A DNA stretch of 63,000 bases, the filler included, from Cercozoa sp. M6MM (lineage: Eukaryota > Protista > Endomyxa: Ascetosporea), in NCBI GenBank assembly GCA_040357565.1. It is 10 parts of 10 records of this genome, joined end to end, with 100 filler letters (N's around TTAATTAATTAA, not from the genome) between each part and the next. Parts side by side here need not be neighbours in the genome. Positions count along the whole stretch, not along the records: positions 21,939 to 35,429 come from JBDODJ010000353.1; positions 35,530 to 38,561 come from JBDODJ010001638.1; positions 38,662 to 42,450 come from JBDODJ010001311.1; positions 42,551 to 46,750 come from JBDODJ010001202.1; 6 more parts are not named here. One strand, written 5' to 3'. Both the position numbers and the translations under genes were made by a program. Shown in pieces: positions 31,745 to 44,667 of the stretch (position 1 is its first letter; each line of letters starts with the position of its first letter). The notes beneath the pieces are model-generated. The model was not told the DNA's origin, searched no databases, and worked only from the letters and a program-made list of their open reading frames with translations.

Positions 31745-32036
31745 CCAAGAGTATCCCAGGGCGGCAGGACACTTTCCTAGACTCATGGACAGCTTATCTG
31801 ACTGAAAGACCTAAACAATAATTTTGCAGCCTGCCGGCCTATTTCTGAGCTAAGCGGAATGTTCACGCGAGTACAGTGACCATATGGAACATGAAGACGG
31901 TCAGCGCAAGCGAAGCGTCGTTCAAATTCTCACTCAGAAGAGCGGGGAGGAAATGAAGTCTCAGGCACCCTTGTGTGTGCATGCAAGAAACCGAACAAAC
32001 TACATCAAAAGCGAGCGAGTGCGAAAGCGCCGAAGC

Positions 32037-34642
32037 TTAGTCGAGCTCCTCAACCGAGGGGCCGTCGTTGGCAGCGGCCGAGGCGCCGCCCTGCTGCTGC
32101 TGGCCAAAGTCCGGCGTGGCACCCGGGGCACCGCCTGCAGAACGCATATGGCAACATAGAGATGGGAGGACAGGAAGTGGATCAAGAGAGATGAGGGGGT
32201 GTACCCTGGGCGTACAGCTTGCCCATGATGGGCTGCACGAGAGCCTCGAGCTCCTTCTGCTTCTTCTCGAAGACATCGGCGGCGGCCTCGGCGTTGTCGT
32301 CGATCCAGTCGATCGTGTCGTTGGCGGCCTTGGTGACCGTGTCCTTGTCCTCGGCCGAGAGCTTGCCCTCGAGCTTGGTGTCGTTCACCGTGTTCTTGAG
32401 CTGGTACGTGAAGGCCTCCAGCGAGTTCTTGGCCTGCACCTGCGCGCGAGCGGCCTCGTCCTCGGCCTTGTACTTCTCGGCATCGGCCACCATGCGCTCG
32501 ATCTCCTCCTGCGAGAGACGGCCCTTGTTGTTCTGGATCTGGATCTTCTGCTCGTTCGACGTGGCCTTGTCCACGGCCGACACGTTGAGGATGCCATCGG
32601 CGTCCAGGTCGAACGTCACCTCGATCTGCGGCACGCCGCGCGGCGCCGGCGGGATGCCCGACAGCTCGAACTTGCCTGTGGGGGTATAAGGTATATGGGG
32701 ACATGCTACTATAGCATACCGTATTAAATTATACTGTATTATATTATATGCAATACATACACATAAATACATAGATATATTATATATATATATATGTAGT
32801 CAGAGTGGGCCTACCGAGGAGGTTGTTGTCGCGCGTGCGCGCACGCTCGCCCTCAAAGACCTGGATGAGCACACCGGGCTGGTTGTCCTGGTAGGTCGAG
32901 AAGATCTGCGACTTCTTGCACGGGATGGTCGAGTTGCGCGGGATGAGCTTGGTCATCACACCGCCGGCCGTCTCGATACCGAGCGAGAGCGGCGTCACGT
33001 CGAGCAGCAGAATGTCCGTGTCGGCACCGGCGTCGCCCTTGAGCACCGAGGCCTGGACAGCGGCACCGTAGGCCACGGCCTCGTCCGGGTTGATCGAGCG
33101 GCACGGCTCGCGTCCGTTGAAGAACTCCTTGATGAGCTGCTGCACCTTGGGGATGCGCGTCGAGCCGCCCACCAGCACCACGTCGTGCACGTCGCTCTTG
33201 CTGAACTTGGCGTCGCGCAGCACCTGCGGAGGGGGAGGTCAACTTGTAGGGTTGGGCAGGAGGGATAGGATAGGGGTAGGAGGGATAGGGTAGAGGTAGG
33301 AGAGATAGGGTAGGGGTAGGAGGGATAGGGTAGGGTAAGGGGATAGGATAGGGTAGGGTAGAGGAGGGATAGGGTAGGGCAGGAGGGATAGGGTACCTTC
33401 TCGACCGGCGCAATGCAGCCGCGGAAGTAGTCCATGCAGAGGTCCTCGAAACGAGCACGCGTGATGGACGTGTAGTAGTCAACGCCCTCGGCCAGCGAGT
33501 CGATCTCGATGTTGGCCTGCGTCGAGGCCGACAGCGTGCGCTTGGCGCGCTCGCACTGCGTGCGCAGACGACGCATGGCACGCGGGTTGCCCGTGATGTC
33601 GATCTTGTTCTTGCGCTTGAAGTCCTTCACGAAGTACTCGACGAGCTTGTTGTCGAAGTCCTCGCCACCGAGGTGCGTGTCACCGGCCGTGGCCTTGACC
33701 TCGAAGATGCCCTCGTCGATCGTGAGCAGCGACACGTCGAAGGTGCCGCCACCCAGGTCAAAGATCAGCACGTTGCGCTCCTGCGCGCCCTTCTGGTCCA
33801 GACCGTAGGCAATGGCCGCAGCCGTCGGCTCTGTCCACGGGGCAAGATAGAAGTGGTCAAGATAGAGGTGGTTAAGGGTAAGATAGAGATGGTTAAGGGT
33901 AAGATAGAGGGTTAAGGGTAAGATAGAGGTGGTTAAGGGTAAGATAGAGAGTTAAGGCTAAGATAGGCTACCGTTGATGATGCGCATGACGTTGAGGCCG
34001 CAGATGGCACCGGCGTCCTTGGTGGCCTGACGCTGCGAGTCGTTGAAGTAGGCCGGCACAGTCACGACGGCGTCGTTGACCGGCGTGCCCAGGTAGGCCT
34101 CGGCAATGGCCTTCATCTTCGTGAGCACCATGGACGAGATCTCCTCCGGGTGGAAGTTCTTCGTCTCGCCCTTGTACTGCACCTGGATGGCCGGACGGTC
34201 GCCCGACTCGGCAACCACCTTGAACGGCCACAGACGCATGTCGTCCTGCACCGTCGGGTCCTGGAACTTGCGGCCAATCAGACGCTTGGCGTCGAACACC
34301 GTGTTGGTCGGGTTCAGGGCCGCCTGGTTCTTGGCACCGTCACCGATCAGGCGCTCCGACTCGGTGAAGGCCACGTACGACGGCGTCGTGCGGTTGCCCT
34401 GGTCGTTCGGAATGATCTCCACCGTGCCGTTCTTCATCACGGCCACGCATGAGTACGTGGTACCCAGATCGATACCCACGGCGTAAGCTGCGCACACACA
34501 GGCCACAGTATCTCTTTGTCTGAGCACTTTCCGGTTTTCCTCCCATTGAGAAAAAACAAAAAAACAACACCACACAATAACCCACAGCTGCGAAAATACA
34601 CAAAAAACCACACACAACTAATGCCAGTTCTGTGCCACACAT
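32037..34642 (-). CDS. HSP70: Cytosolic heat shock protein 70; multi-exon
   Basis: [48 protein letters not shown]. Confidence 0.98.
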
Positions 34643-35074
34643 GGTTTCGCGTGAATTACACGAGTGCGCTAAGCGCACTCATGACGCTCACGACACACCA
34701 GACAAGGCAAAATGAGAAAAGCCATCAGAATACTCTGGCGTCATCCTGAGGCACGAACGTACACTTGCCCGACATATGAGCTGACTGTGTTCGTGTCGTA
34801 AACTCAAAAGAACAAAAACGAGTTGCGTGAGTTTTAGCGCTGTCTCCGTTCCAAAGAAGCTTCGTCCCTGGAATGATCCAAATACGGGTTCACGATGATT
34901 CCAAAATGCCACCGAGAGCCGAATGATGTTTTTATGGGCTACAGGGCTAAGATGACGCTTTTGGATGCTTAATTAGCGGATTTTCTTAGCGTGAAACCAG
35001 CAGCTCAGCCTCGAGGGCGGTGGAGGTCATATTATTTTGGCGCAATTGGCAGCTCAACTTGTTTCGGCGATGGT

Positions 35075-35415
35075 TTACTGACTGCTTGAGGAGGAGGAGG
35101 AGAACCAGTAGTACAGCAGCAGCAGCACAGCCAGCACGATGGCGCCGAGGAGGAGTCGCGTGCGCCAGAAGCGCCACTGCTCGTGCCGGCGCACCTGGCG
35201 GCTCAGCGAGGAGAACTCGTCTGTCATGAGACACATGTCACACCAGACACCAGTCAGGTCAGCCACGAGGCCACTCAGAGGCAGTGGCTTAGAGGTGGTC
35301 ACTCCGTGAGGACACGTGTCAAGTGGTACCAGTGGTCTGCGCCAGGTCGTTGGCACGTGCGTCCAGATCGTCGACTCGCGCGCCTCGCTCCATCGCGCGG
35401 CCCACGGCGCGCTGT
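35075..35415 (-). CDS. Synaptobrevin/VAMP-family R-SNARE, 3' part (5' lost at the contig end)
   Basis: AMERGARVDDLDARANDLAQTT|DEFSSLSRQVRRHEQWRFWRTRLLLGAIVLAVLLLLYYWF: R-SNARE helix plus C-terminal TM anchor. Confidence 0.8.
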
Positions 35416-35886
35416 GGGGGGGGGGGGGGNNNNNNNNNNNNNNNNNNNNNNNNNNNNNNNNNNNNNNNNNNNNTTAATTAATTAANNNNNNNNNNNNNNN
35501 NNNNNNNNNNNNNNNNNNNNNNNNNNNNNTATGTATGTATGTATGTATGTATGTATGTATGTATGTATGTATGTATACTGCGTATTATATATGTATGTGT
35601 GTATGTATGTGTGTGTGTATGATGCATCTATGTATCTATGTATCTATGTGTGTATGTATGTGTATGTATGTGTGTATGTGTATGTATGTGTGTATGTGTA
35701 TNNNNNNNNNNTGTGTGTATGTGTATGTATGTGTGTATGTGTATGTATGTGTGTATGTATCTATGTATCTCTATGTATCTATACATACATATGTATATAT
35801 GTGTGTATATATGTATGTATGCATCTATGTATCTATGTATGTATCTGTGTACCTATGTATGTATCTATGTATCTGTGTGTGTAAAG

Positions 35887-37083
35887 GGCCGCACGGAGCG
35901 TCTGCGCAACAAGGCCGACAAGGACGTCGAAAGGTCGATGCGACCGCTGATGCGCATGCTGCCGCCCGACCTGCACCGCGATGCGTGTACTCCCTTACAC
36001 CTCTACCCCTTACCCCCCCCTTTTTCCCCCCCCCCCCCCAGTGCACACTGCCGTGGTGGAGGGTCGTTTGCGCCGCCGCATTCGTTTGTTGCAGCTGCAT
36101 CGGCAGATGGGCGTGCGACGGTACCTTTACCCCCCCCCCCCCCGTGCTCCCTTAACCTCTCTTGCCACCCTAAACCCCCTTTACTCCCTTAATTCCCTCC
36201 TTAACCCCCTTCCCCGGTAGGATGGACGAAAGCAACGATCTGGCGAAACGCACTGGCGTGCGAAAACAGGCGCCGGTGCGACCGAGTCTGCTGCCCAACA
36301 CGCGTTCTGGTACAACTGAACTTTACTCACACAGTTTTGGACCAGCTCAGTCGGATCTTGATAAATGGACACAGGGCTGGCTACAGAGCCGGTGCGTCGC
36401 AATTCGAGACAACGGAAGCGTCGTAAACCGTTCGAAACCTCCGAAATGCAGCTTTATCGGTTCACTTTCACTTTTCTGCTTTGTGACTTCCCATGTCCGC
36501 GCGGACATCACCTTGTGTGTTGACAGGTCACTCACACAACACGAACGAGTCGTTTGCAAGGTTTTATTGGCGTCACAAAGGCTCTGCTTGCTTTTGATCC
36601 TTCTTGTGTGAGCAGAAGTTAATACTGCGGCCTTCTGAGTTCCTGCGGATCAAGCACGCTGTGGTTACCACAATGTTCCGCCACGGAAAGTATCGTTTCA
36701 CTCTCGAGACTTGTTTTTTTTGTTTTCGTATTTTATTTCGCTTGAATGACTTACTGACTGATTGTGCTTGTAGAGTGACACCTGAGTTACTACGCGAGAA
36801 AATCGATTTCAAGATCGATATAGCTGCCAGGTTCCTTTTTTTTTGTATTTGTCCGGCACCTTGGTGGATCACTTGTGTTCTGTGCTGTGACCTGTGTGTT
36901 TGGCTGTGTTGTGACCTGTTATGTGCGCTCAGGGAACGAGTGCTGCCGGAGCGCCTAGTGGACTTTTTTGTGGCACGCGGACACCTTACGCCCGAGTCGG
37001 CCAAGTACTTCCGGCCGCCGCCTGCCAAGCAACTCCCGGTCAAGCGGTCACGTGTACGCTCTAAAAAGTCATCCAACAAGTGA
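35887..37083 (+). CDS. ADA2: Transcriptional adaptor 2 (SAGA) C-terminal part with SWIRM domain; 5' truncated
   Basis: VVEGRLRRRIRLLQLHRQMGV (ADA2 helix) and LTQHERVVCK|KLILRPSEFLRIK...RLVDFFVARG (SWIRM). Confidence 0.7.
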
Positions 37084-37400
37084 ATTATGAGACTGGCATA
37101 CGCTACAAACTGAACTTGAACTGCAGTCGAGTGGCGCTAAAAAAATAAAAAGGTCAGAGCCAGACGCTGGGAGCTTGATTTTTAGGGTTTTCTAGGGAGC
37201 AACCTCGTGTCAACACGTGTTAACCGCTGTTCCTTGTTTTAATATTTGCGTTAAAGCAGTAAGAATGGGAAAAACGGGCTGTGTGTGCTTTTGATGTTCG
37301 TGTTGTCTGTTCGTGTCGTTCCTTCCATCTCTGCACTCAAACACTTTTTGTTTTCTCAATCGCTTGTTTTGTCGAACCTAAACAGCAATCAAACACCATC

Positions 37401-38356
37401 ATGGGCAACCTGTTGTCATCGATCGTGAAGATGTTCTCTGGCATGGATGAGAGTCGCCTCATTGTCGTTGGTATTTTGGGCTTTAAAAAAAAGCTGCTCG
37501 AGTCAAACCTTCTGTGTGTTTGACAGGATTGGACGCAGCCGGAAAGACGACACTGCTGTACAACCTCAAGCTGGGACAGAACATTGTGACGATTCCTACG
37601 ATTGGTTTCAACGTCGAGCGTCTACAGGTATTGTGCCATCTTTATTTTCACCACCTACGTCGAGCTTCTTCATTCCCGGTGTGTATCATCTTTATTTTCA
37701 CAACAACTTGCAGTACAAGAACCTTGAATTCGAGGCCTGGGATATTGGTGGCCAAGAGCACATCCGCAAGCTGTACCTCACCTTTTTACCCGACCTTGCG
37801 ATACCTGACCGATGCAGCTGATACTGTAGGTGGCACCACTACTTCCAAAACACCGATGGCATCATTTTCGTCGTTGATAGCAGCGATGGTACCTCATGAA
37901 TACACCTCTCACACACATGTGAAAATACTGTTGTTTGGTGCTTAGGTGAGCGCATCGACCAGACTGATCCGTCGACCGGCAATGCGAAGGAAGAGCTCAG
38001 TGCCGTGCTGTCGGTACTACCCTTTCACTCGAGTGAACTCTTGTTGAATCACTTTGAATTCACCATGCCACAGTCGGACGAGTTGCGAGGCGTGCCGCTC
38101 TTGGTGATGGCCAACAAACAGGACCTCCCGGGTGCTGTGGGTGTCAGCGAACTCACGGAACGACTCGCTCTCGACCAGCTGCGCGATCGCAAGTGGCACG
38201 CACAGGGTAGTACACATCGGAAACTACATAAACTGAGAGATTGGTTTACACTGTACTGCAGCCTGCATTGCGACCACTGGTGATGGTATCTACGAGGGTT
38301 TGGACTGGCTTGCCGACGCCGTGCGCGACTTCCGACGTGACTCGCGCAGGTCATGA
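37401..38356 (+). CDS. ARF: ADP-ribosylation factor family GTPase; 7 exons
   Basis: MG N-terminus, [48 protein letters not shown]; six GT-AG introns. Confidence 0.95.
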
Positions 38357-38661
38357 GGTCTCCGAGACGTCTCCGTTGCCGATTTATCCGATTCTAAAAC
38401 AACGCCACACCGGGCCATTTTCGTGATGTAACATAGCTAACCTTTCTTACACTCCTGCGGATGCGGTACCGTGTGCGGATGCTTACTACCACCGGCAATT
38501 ACAGTACCCCCCCCCCCATACACTTTTGGGTGAACGCCTTAGGCTATGGCTGGGGGGGGGGNNNNNNNNNNNNNNNNNNNNNNNNNNNNNNNNNNNNNNN
38601 NNNNNTTAATTAATTAANNNNNNNNNNNNNNNNNNNNNNNNNNNNNNNNNNNNNNNNNNNN

Positions 38662-38708
<47 letters not shown>

Positions 38709-38709
<1 letters not shown>

Positions 38710-40327
38710 CGTTTTTTTGTTACAATGTTCGGTGGCGATCTCCCAGAGCACTTGCTGCGGGAAGTTCAGGAGCTTTGCCTTCTTCTTCGAGAGCGTGCGT
38801 AGGCCAGAGGCACCCAGTCTGTGCGTGTACTGTTTATCAAGGGGGCAAGTAGATCTATCAAGTGTAAAGTTACCGTTCGCAGTCGGCCCGAGCGAGTTCG
38901 ACTGCCAGTGTCAGCGGTGGCATGCGCTTGATCTCCTGTAAGTTATCACACAATATGTCAGTGACAACAAAGAGGGAGCAAAACGATGAAGCAGCAGTCA
39001 CCTGTGGTGCCTTGCGCAGTGCGAGAGCTGCCTGCCAGAGTGCATCCACCTGCACCCAGCCAAAATCGAGTCAATATACTTAACTTCTTATACTGACACC
39101 CTGGGGGGGGGGGGGGGGGTGTAGTCGTAAAGAGTAGATACCCCGCGTCGCTCGCGTTGTTGCTGCTGCACTTCCACCTGGGCACAGGCAAACATCAGAT
39201 ATAGTACGTGAGGATAAAAGTCACGGATACCTCGGCCGGTGTACGTGCCTGCATGGCACCTACATCAACGAAGCGGTGCGACAGGTCGCTGCAGCCCTGC
39301 CGAATCGTCATGTGCTGTGTCAGAGTGCCTGCACAAGCAGGGTCACACCTGCACAGGGAGGGTTACCCCCTTTTTGACTCGGGTACCAGCCTCGAAGTAG
39401 ATGTCCTCGGGCAGGTGGTACACTTGTCTCGGGGTGGTGCGAGTCACCGTTGCTCCCTACAGACACACGGTCTACCAGCAGAAAACCAGGTCACTAGTAC
39501 TCTGAGTGGGCCGTACCAAGGGACCGGGGATAAAGTTCATCATGTCATCGAACCTGTCGGGAATGTCGCGTGTTTGCTGTGCCGCATAGTGCAGGCCTAG
39601 AGAGGTCAAGGGTATCAAGGGGTAGAGATACGGTGGGGGGGGGGTCGAGGATACCACCAGCCGTGCTGAGTTCGTTGGTCGGCACACGGTCGTGTCCGTG
39701 ACACGCCTGCCACAGTTCGAACATCATGTCGATCGTGCTGTGGTGCAGATAGAACAGCGGGTCGTTCGGCGAGTTAAAGGTCGCCATGTCGCCTACCCCA
39801 TATATTTATCACATAATGTTGATAGTGTATACTATCTATCATACATCCAAATACCATTCACAAAGTCGTGCGGTTGATTGTGCTGGATTTCGAAACGTGG
39901 TGCGAAGCCTGCGTACGTTGGCTATATAGTATGTTAGTCTCTAAAGTTGTGTCTCTGTATGTAAACTGATACCAATAAATACAGAAATGCACTTACATTT
40001 TATACATATACATATACGTAATATATATGTCTATATACGTATGCATACCTGTGTCACGATGAGACCAGCCACCTCGGCCGGCGATGGGTAACGCACGTTC
40101 CAGTTGAAGTTGCGCAGAATACACTGCTCCGGCGTGCCTCCTGCATACGCACGCACACCAGTACACCAGTACACCTGTAGAGTACCCTCCAGAGAAGAGG
40201 CAACAGAAAATGCTACCCTGTTGTCCGAAGCGCGAGTCCTGCACGCACCCGTTGTTCGAATTACTGCCGAACAGACGGCTTCCTGTACCAGGGGAGATAA
40301 ATAAGGTGTGTGTGCGTNNNNNNNNNN

Positions 40328-40410
<83 letters not shown>

Positions 40411-42440
40411 CTTAAGACACACCAAAGACGGGCGCGTCAGCTTCCCGTCCAGCGTCCTGTGTCCAGTCCCAGTAGGGTACAGTGATACACCGGTACTTGG
40501 GTGCCATGGCACGCAACGAATTCTCCATGTTCCACATGAACCACCGATGCCATGGCAGGAACCTACGCCACAAACACGGGTACAGGGGATTGGGAAAGAA
40601 GAAGGTTTAAAAAGGGAAGAGAGGGTAAACAGCGAGTAAACAGGGAGGTAAAACTACCAGGCTGTGCCGTGCGAATAGATGCCGTTGTCAGGATTGCGGT
40701 GCAAGTTGCGATACCGATCGAACAGATTGTCCTCGGCAGTGCCTGCGCCTGCTCTTCGGAAGTCATACTGAGCAACAACACACAAGTCGTGAGGGCAAAG
40801 GGGGTAGGGGTGTAGAAGGCAAAGGGTACCAATGCCTCCAAGAAGAGCTGCTGCTCGGCGTCCGAAAGGTGTCGCCACTCGCGTCGAATCCGCGGTCCGC
40901 AGTCACCGCCGCCGTTGGCGTTGCCCGGCGGGTCAATGCCCGGACTGCACTGCCGCCAGTAGGCACCTGCACTCGAAAGTAAAAAGGGAGGAACATGTGT
41001 CAACAGGGGGATTTATAGGATTAAAAAGGAGGCATGGAGTTAATGAGGTGTAGAGGGAGGGGGCAAGGGATAAAAAGGTTAGAGTACCAGGCACGTCCTG
41101 ACTCGCAAAGGCGGCCGAGCAGGCAGCACCGCCGACAACGTAACAAAACTCTGGCGCATTCGGATTGAAGGCCGCACAGCCTGGAGGGGTAGGGGAGGGG
41201 GTAAAAAGAGGGAAAGAGGTAAAGAGGTAGGGTTGGAAGGGAGGTAAAAGGGGGTAAAGCTCCTACCAAGATTGGCGACACGAACACCGGCACTGAGTGG
41301 CGAATCTTCCGTCACACAGTCGCACGGTTGCGCTGGTGCCACTATGGGGGGGGGGTAAAAGAAGGAAAGGGGACAGGGTATAGTACTCGTAGTCGTTGTC
41401 GTCGTGACCGGGGGAGAATCCACGCCAGGTGTACACACACGCCAAAACACTACTCAAACGGAGAGTAAACGGGGAGGGGGATAGGGGTAAGCAGGTGGGT
41501 AGGGGTAAAACTGATACCTCCTGCAGCAGCCGAGGACGGAAATGCCGCGACGCATTCGTTTTGCGAACGCGCAACGACGTAACAAAAGGCCTGCCTACCG
41601 GCGTTCCACTCGGCACATCCGTACCTATCGGGGGAGGGGGGTAATGGAGGTAAACTTAAACAAGAGGCTAACAGGGCGAAGGGGGGTAAAACAGTTTACG
41701 AGTTGCCAGGCGCGCTGATTCCGTCGTTTGCCGTGGCACATCGGCAGCCACTCTGCGGCTACCCACACTCATAGGGGGGTAAAGAGGGTGCAAGAGGGTG
41801 TGGAGGGAGTAAAGAAGGTACCTGGGTTGGAGTAGGCGTCGGATTCGGTGTCGGACCGGGCGTTGGACTTGGAGTCGAAGTTGCAGGAGTCGTCGTTGCC
41901 TAGCAAAGACGTAAAGAGAGGGGGTAAAGGGGAGTAAGGAGGGGGTAAAGGGGAGTAAGGAGGAGGTAAAGAGGGGGAAAGATTGGGTAAAGGAGGTAAA
42001 AGGGTAAAGGGGGTAACGGGGTAAAGGGGGTAAAGGGTAAGGGGGGGGGGGAAGGGTAAAGGGGTTAAGAGGGGTAAAATCACCTGCAAAGTGCAAGTAC
42101 GCCAATACGCTCCCGCAAAACGCGAACTTCGATGCGCACTCGGACAGCGTTTTCCACCTACACGAGGGGGTAAAGGGGTAAGGAAGTCAGCGTGCCAGGA
42201 AGAGGTCGTACCTCGTACGTAGCACATGGGTGTGTCACTTATCACGTTGTGCATACCGCACCCAAGTGATCCTGCCCAATATATGGTGTTGGTACGGGGG
42301 TAACAGGGGGGGGGGGGGTAAAGGCCAGGATAAGGGGTAAAGGGAGATTAAAGGAAGGATGAAGCACCAGTCAAAGCTTCGGATTGGCCACTCCACGGAA
42401 ACACATCGTCGATGCAGTCGCATGGTCTGCCAAAATTCCA
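38709..42440 (-). CDS. Tyrosinase (type-3 copper) with N-terminal cysteine-rich repeats; truncated at both ends
   Basis: PRIRREWRHLS, H...HGTA|FLPWHRWF...CITVPYWDW (CuA) and HNQPHDF...SPNDPLFYLHHSTIDMMFELWQACH (CuB). Confidence 0.9.
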
Positions 42441-42550
42441 AGGTTTGGGGNNNNNNNNNNNNNNNNNNNNNNNNNNNNNNNNNNNNNNNNNNNNTTAATT
42501 AATTAANNNNNNNNNNNNNNNNNNNNNNNNNNNNNNNNNNNNNNNNNNNN

Positions 42551-42596
<46 letters not shown>

Positions 42597-42725
42597 CTCT
42601 TCCCCCCTCCCTCCCCCCGCCCCCCCCGGGGGGGGGTAAAGGGGTGGAGGTTTAGGATAGTAGGTGGGATAGGAGGTGGGATAGGAGGTAGAATAGGAAG
42701 TGAGATAGGGTTGGGGGTTGACTGA

Positions 42726-44026
42726 GGTACGATCCTGGCGGCCGAGGCAAAGAGCGACTCCACGCGGACACGAGCGACTCGATCCAGCAGTCGCAGCGTC
42801 GCTGAAGGCACGTGCGGCGACTGGAAACTTAAGGCCACTGCCTTCTCTGCCTGCTCCTCTCGTTGCTCTTGCTGCAGTTGTTGTTGTTCAAGGTGTTGTT
42901 GTTCTTGTTGTTGGTGCTGTTGTTGTTCTTGTTCTTGTTGTTGCAGTAGGTGTTGCTGTAGTTGCGAGGCGAACTGCAGAGCCACAGGCGAACTCGGCGA
43001 CTGCTCGATCGGTCGCGTCTTGGTCCTCTTGGACTTGCAGGACTGGAAGGGACACACTGCGCCTTCTTCCACCTGCTTCTGTAACAACAGAAGGTCACAC
43101 GCGAATGACTATGGCACGGATGAGAATAAGATGTCAACCCACCTTGGCTCGTCGGCGCTTCTTGCAGCGACACGGTTTGGAGAAGAAAAAGTCCTCCGCG
43201 CTGTCGCACTTTCTGCTCTTCTTGCGACTTCCGCGCGTGCGTTTCTCAATGTCAGTGTCGAGTACTTCGCTCTCGCGCTCGCTTTCGCTGCTGCTGTTGC
43301 TGCTGCTGTCGCTGTCGCTGTTGAAGTAAGCCCGCGTGTACTGCTGCGGAACACGTCGCCACTTGGCGTCCTGATCCTCACTCGAGTACTCGCTGTCTGT
43401 GCCACTGCTGCTACTGCTCTCGTAGCAGGACCCACTGTCAGTGTCGCTGTTGTAGTCATTGTAGTATTGATCTTGACGTATCGGCCTTGCCGTCGCAGTG
43501 CGCACTTTGGGCGCCTCCTGCCACTGGTACTCGTCTTGTGGCTACAGACACTCTGTTCTGGTTTTTATACGACACAAAGGAATCAAACTCACCGAGCGGA
43601 ATCTCGCTGCTTGCCACAGGGCGTCGAAACTCGGTGCAGGTGCTTGGGCTACAGCAAACTCTCACCAGGCCAAAGCCGCCAGCATCAAAGTCACACTACC
43701 TGGATAGAGGCGAGTTGCAACCGCGCCTGGGGAGGCATAGCGGTAAACGTAGCCATGTGATGAAGCAGCTGCCACTGGAAGCAGGCTCGCCACCAGCAGC
43801 TCTTTGATCATCTCTCTCCTCAAATGCGATGAACGTTTGTAGTAGTCTGTCCGGTCAGACTCGGTCGTTCTACTGGCTGCCTTTGCGAGAGACCCGCTAT
43901 TTTGCCCCCTTCCAAGTGGCGTGCCTGTGGCATGCCCAACTGAAAGGCACCCAGCTGGTAACCGTCCGGTCGAATGTACTTCCGGACGTACAGTAAGTGG
44001 AGCTCACAACACAAAACCTGGTGCAT
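42726..44026 (-). CDS. Hypothetical Ser/Asp-rich, poly-Gln protein; 3' truncated
   Basis: Open frames 43134-43505 and 42726-43087 are joined by a GT-AG intron. The start is uncertain. Confidence 0.4.
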
Positions 44027-44667
44027 GGTTTTAAATACCGCGGCAGGTGTTAGGACTTTTGCGGTACAACTGAAACGACATCCGATCGTGTCTGTGTAAC
44101 AAAATCAGTTTACCAGTTTTGTCACATTCTATCACTTGGTCGGTGCGTCATAGGTCAAAACTTGTTACTAGTCTACCTACCAGTTTGGTTAGTACTGATA
44201 CGATATGATTGTTGATTGTGAGTTTGTCAATTTTAGTGAAGGCAACGATTAAGTAAGAATGTAAGGTCGTTTAATTTAGTGTTCGTTCGACGTCCCAAAA
44301 CACCGAAAGATATCAGAAGAGAGAAGGTTACCCCAAGGTAGGGCCGTCGTTACAGTTGAGAATGTTGAGAGGCTTGTTCGATGATGAACAAAAGAAACAC
44401 CCTCTTGCCTGCTCAAGATAGAGCAAGTCAGTTGCTTTGGTGTCAACAAGCACGGTATCCTTTGAGGTACCTGGTATTGGAAAACACTTCAATTCTTATT
44501 TGGCATGACCGATAGTTGCTTCCACGCGGAGCAAGTAGTCAGCGCAGCCGAGTAGGTTGTTTGATGTTGACACGACAGTAACATGATAGGACAGTACGCT
44601 AGGCTAACAAACGAACCAAATACGGCTGTTCCGCTAGCTGGCATAGACGAGACGATCAATCGATTAC

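Noticed and set aside
34849-34865. Heat-shock element upstream of HSP70
   Set aside because: Only one GAAnnTTC pair with an imperfectly spaced third unit; too weak to call.
37470-38265. Introner-like mobile introns, given the high intron density
   Set aside because: The introns share no sequence similarity, terminal inverted repeats or consistent target-site duplications that I could see.
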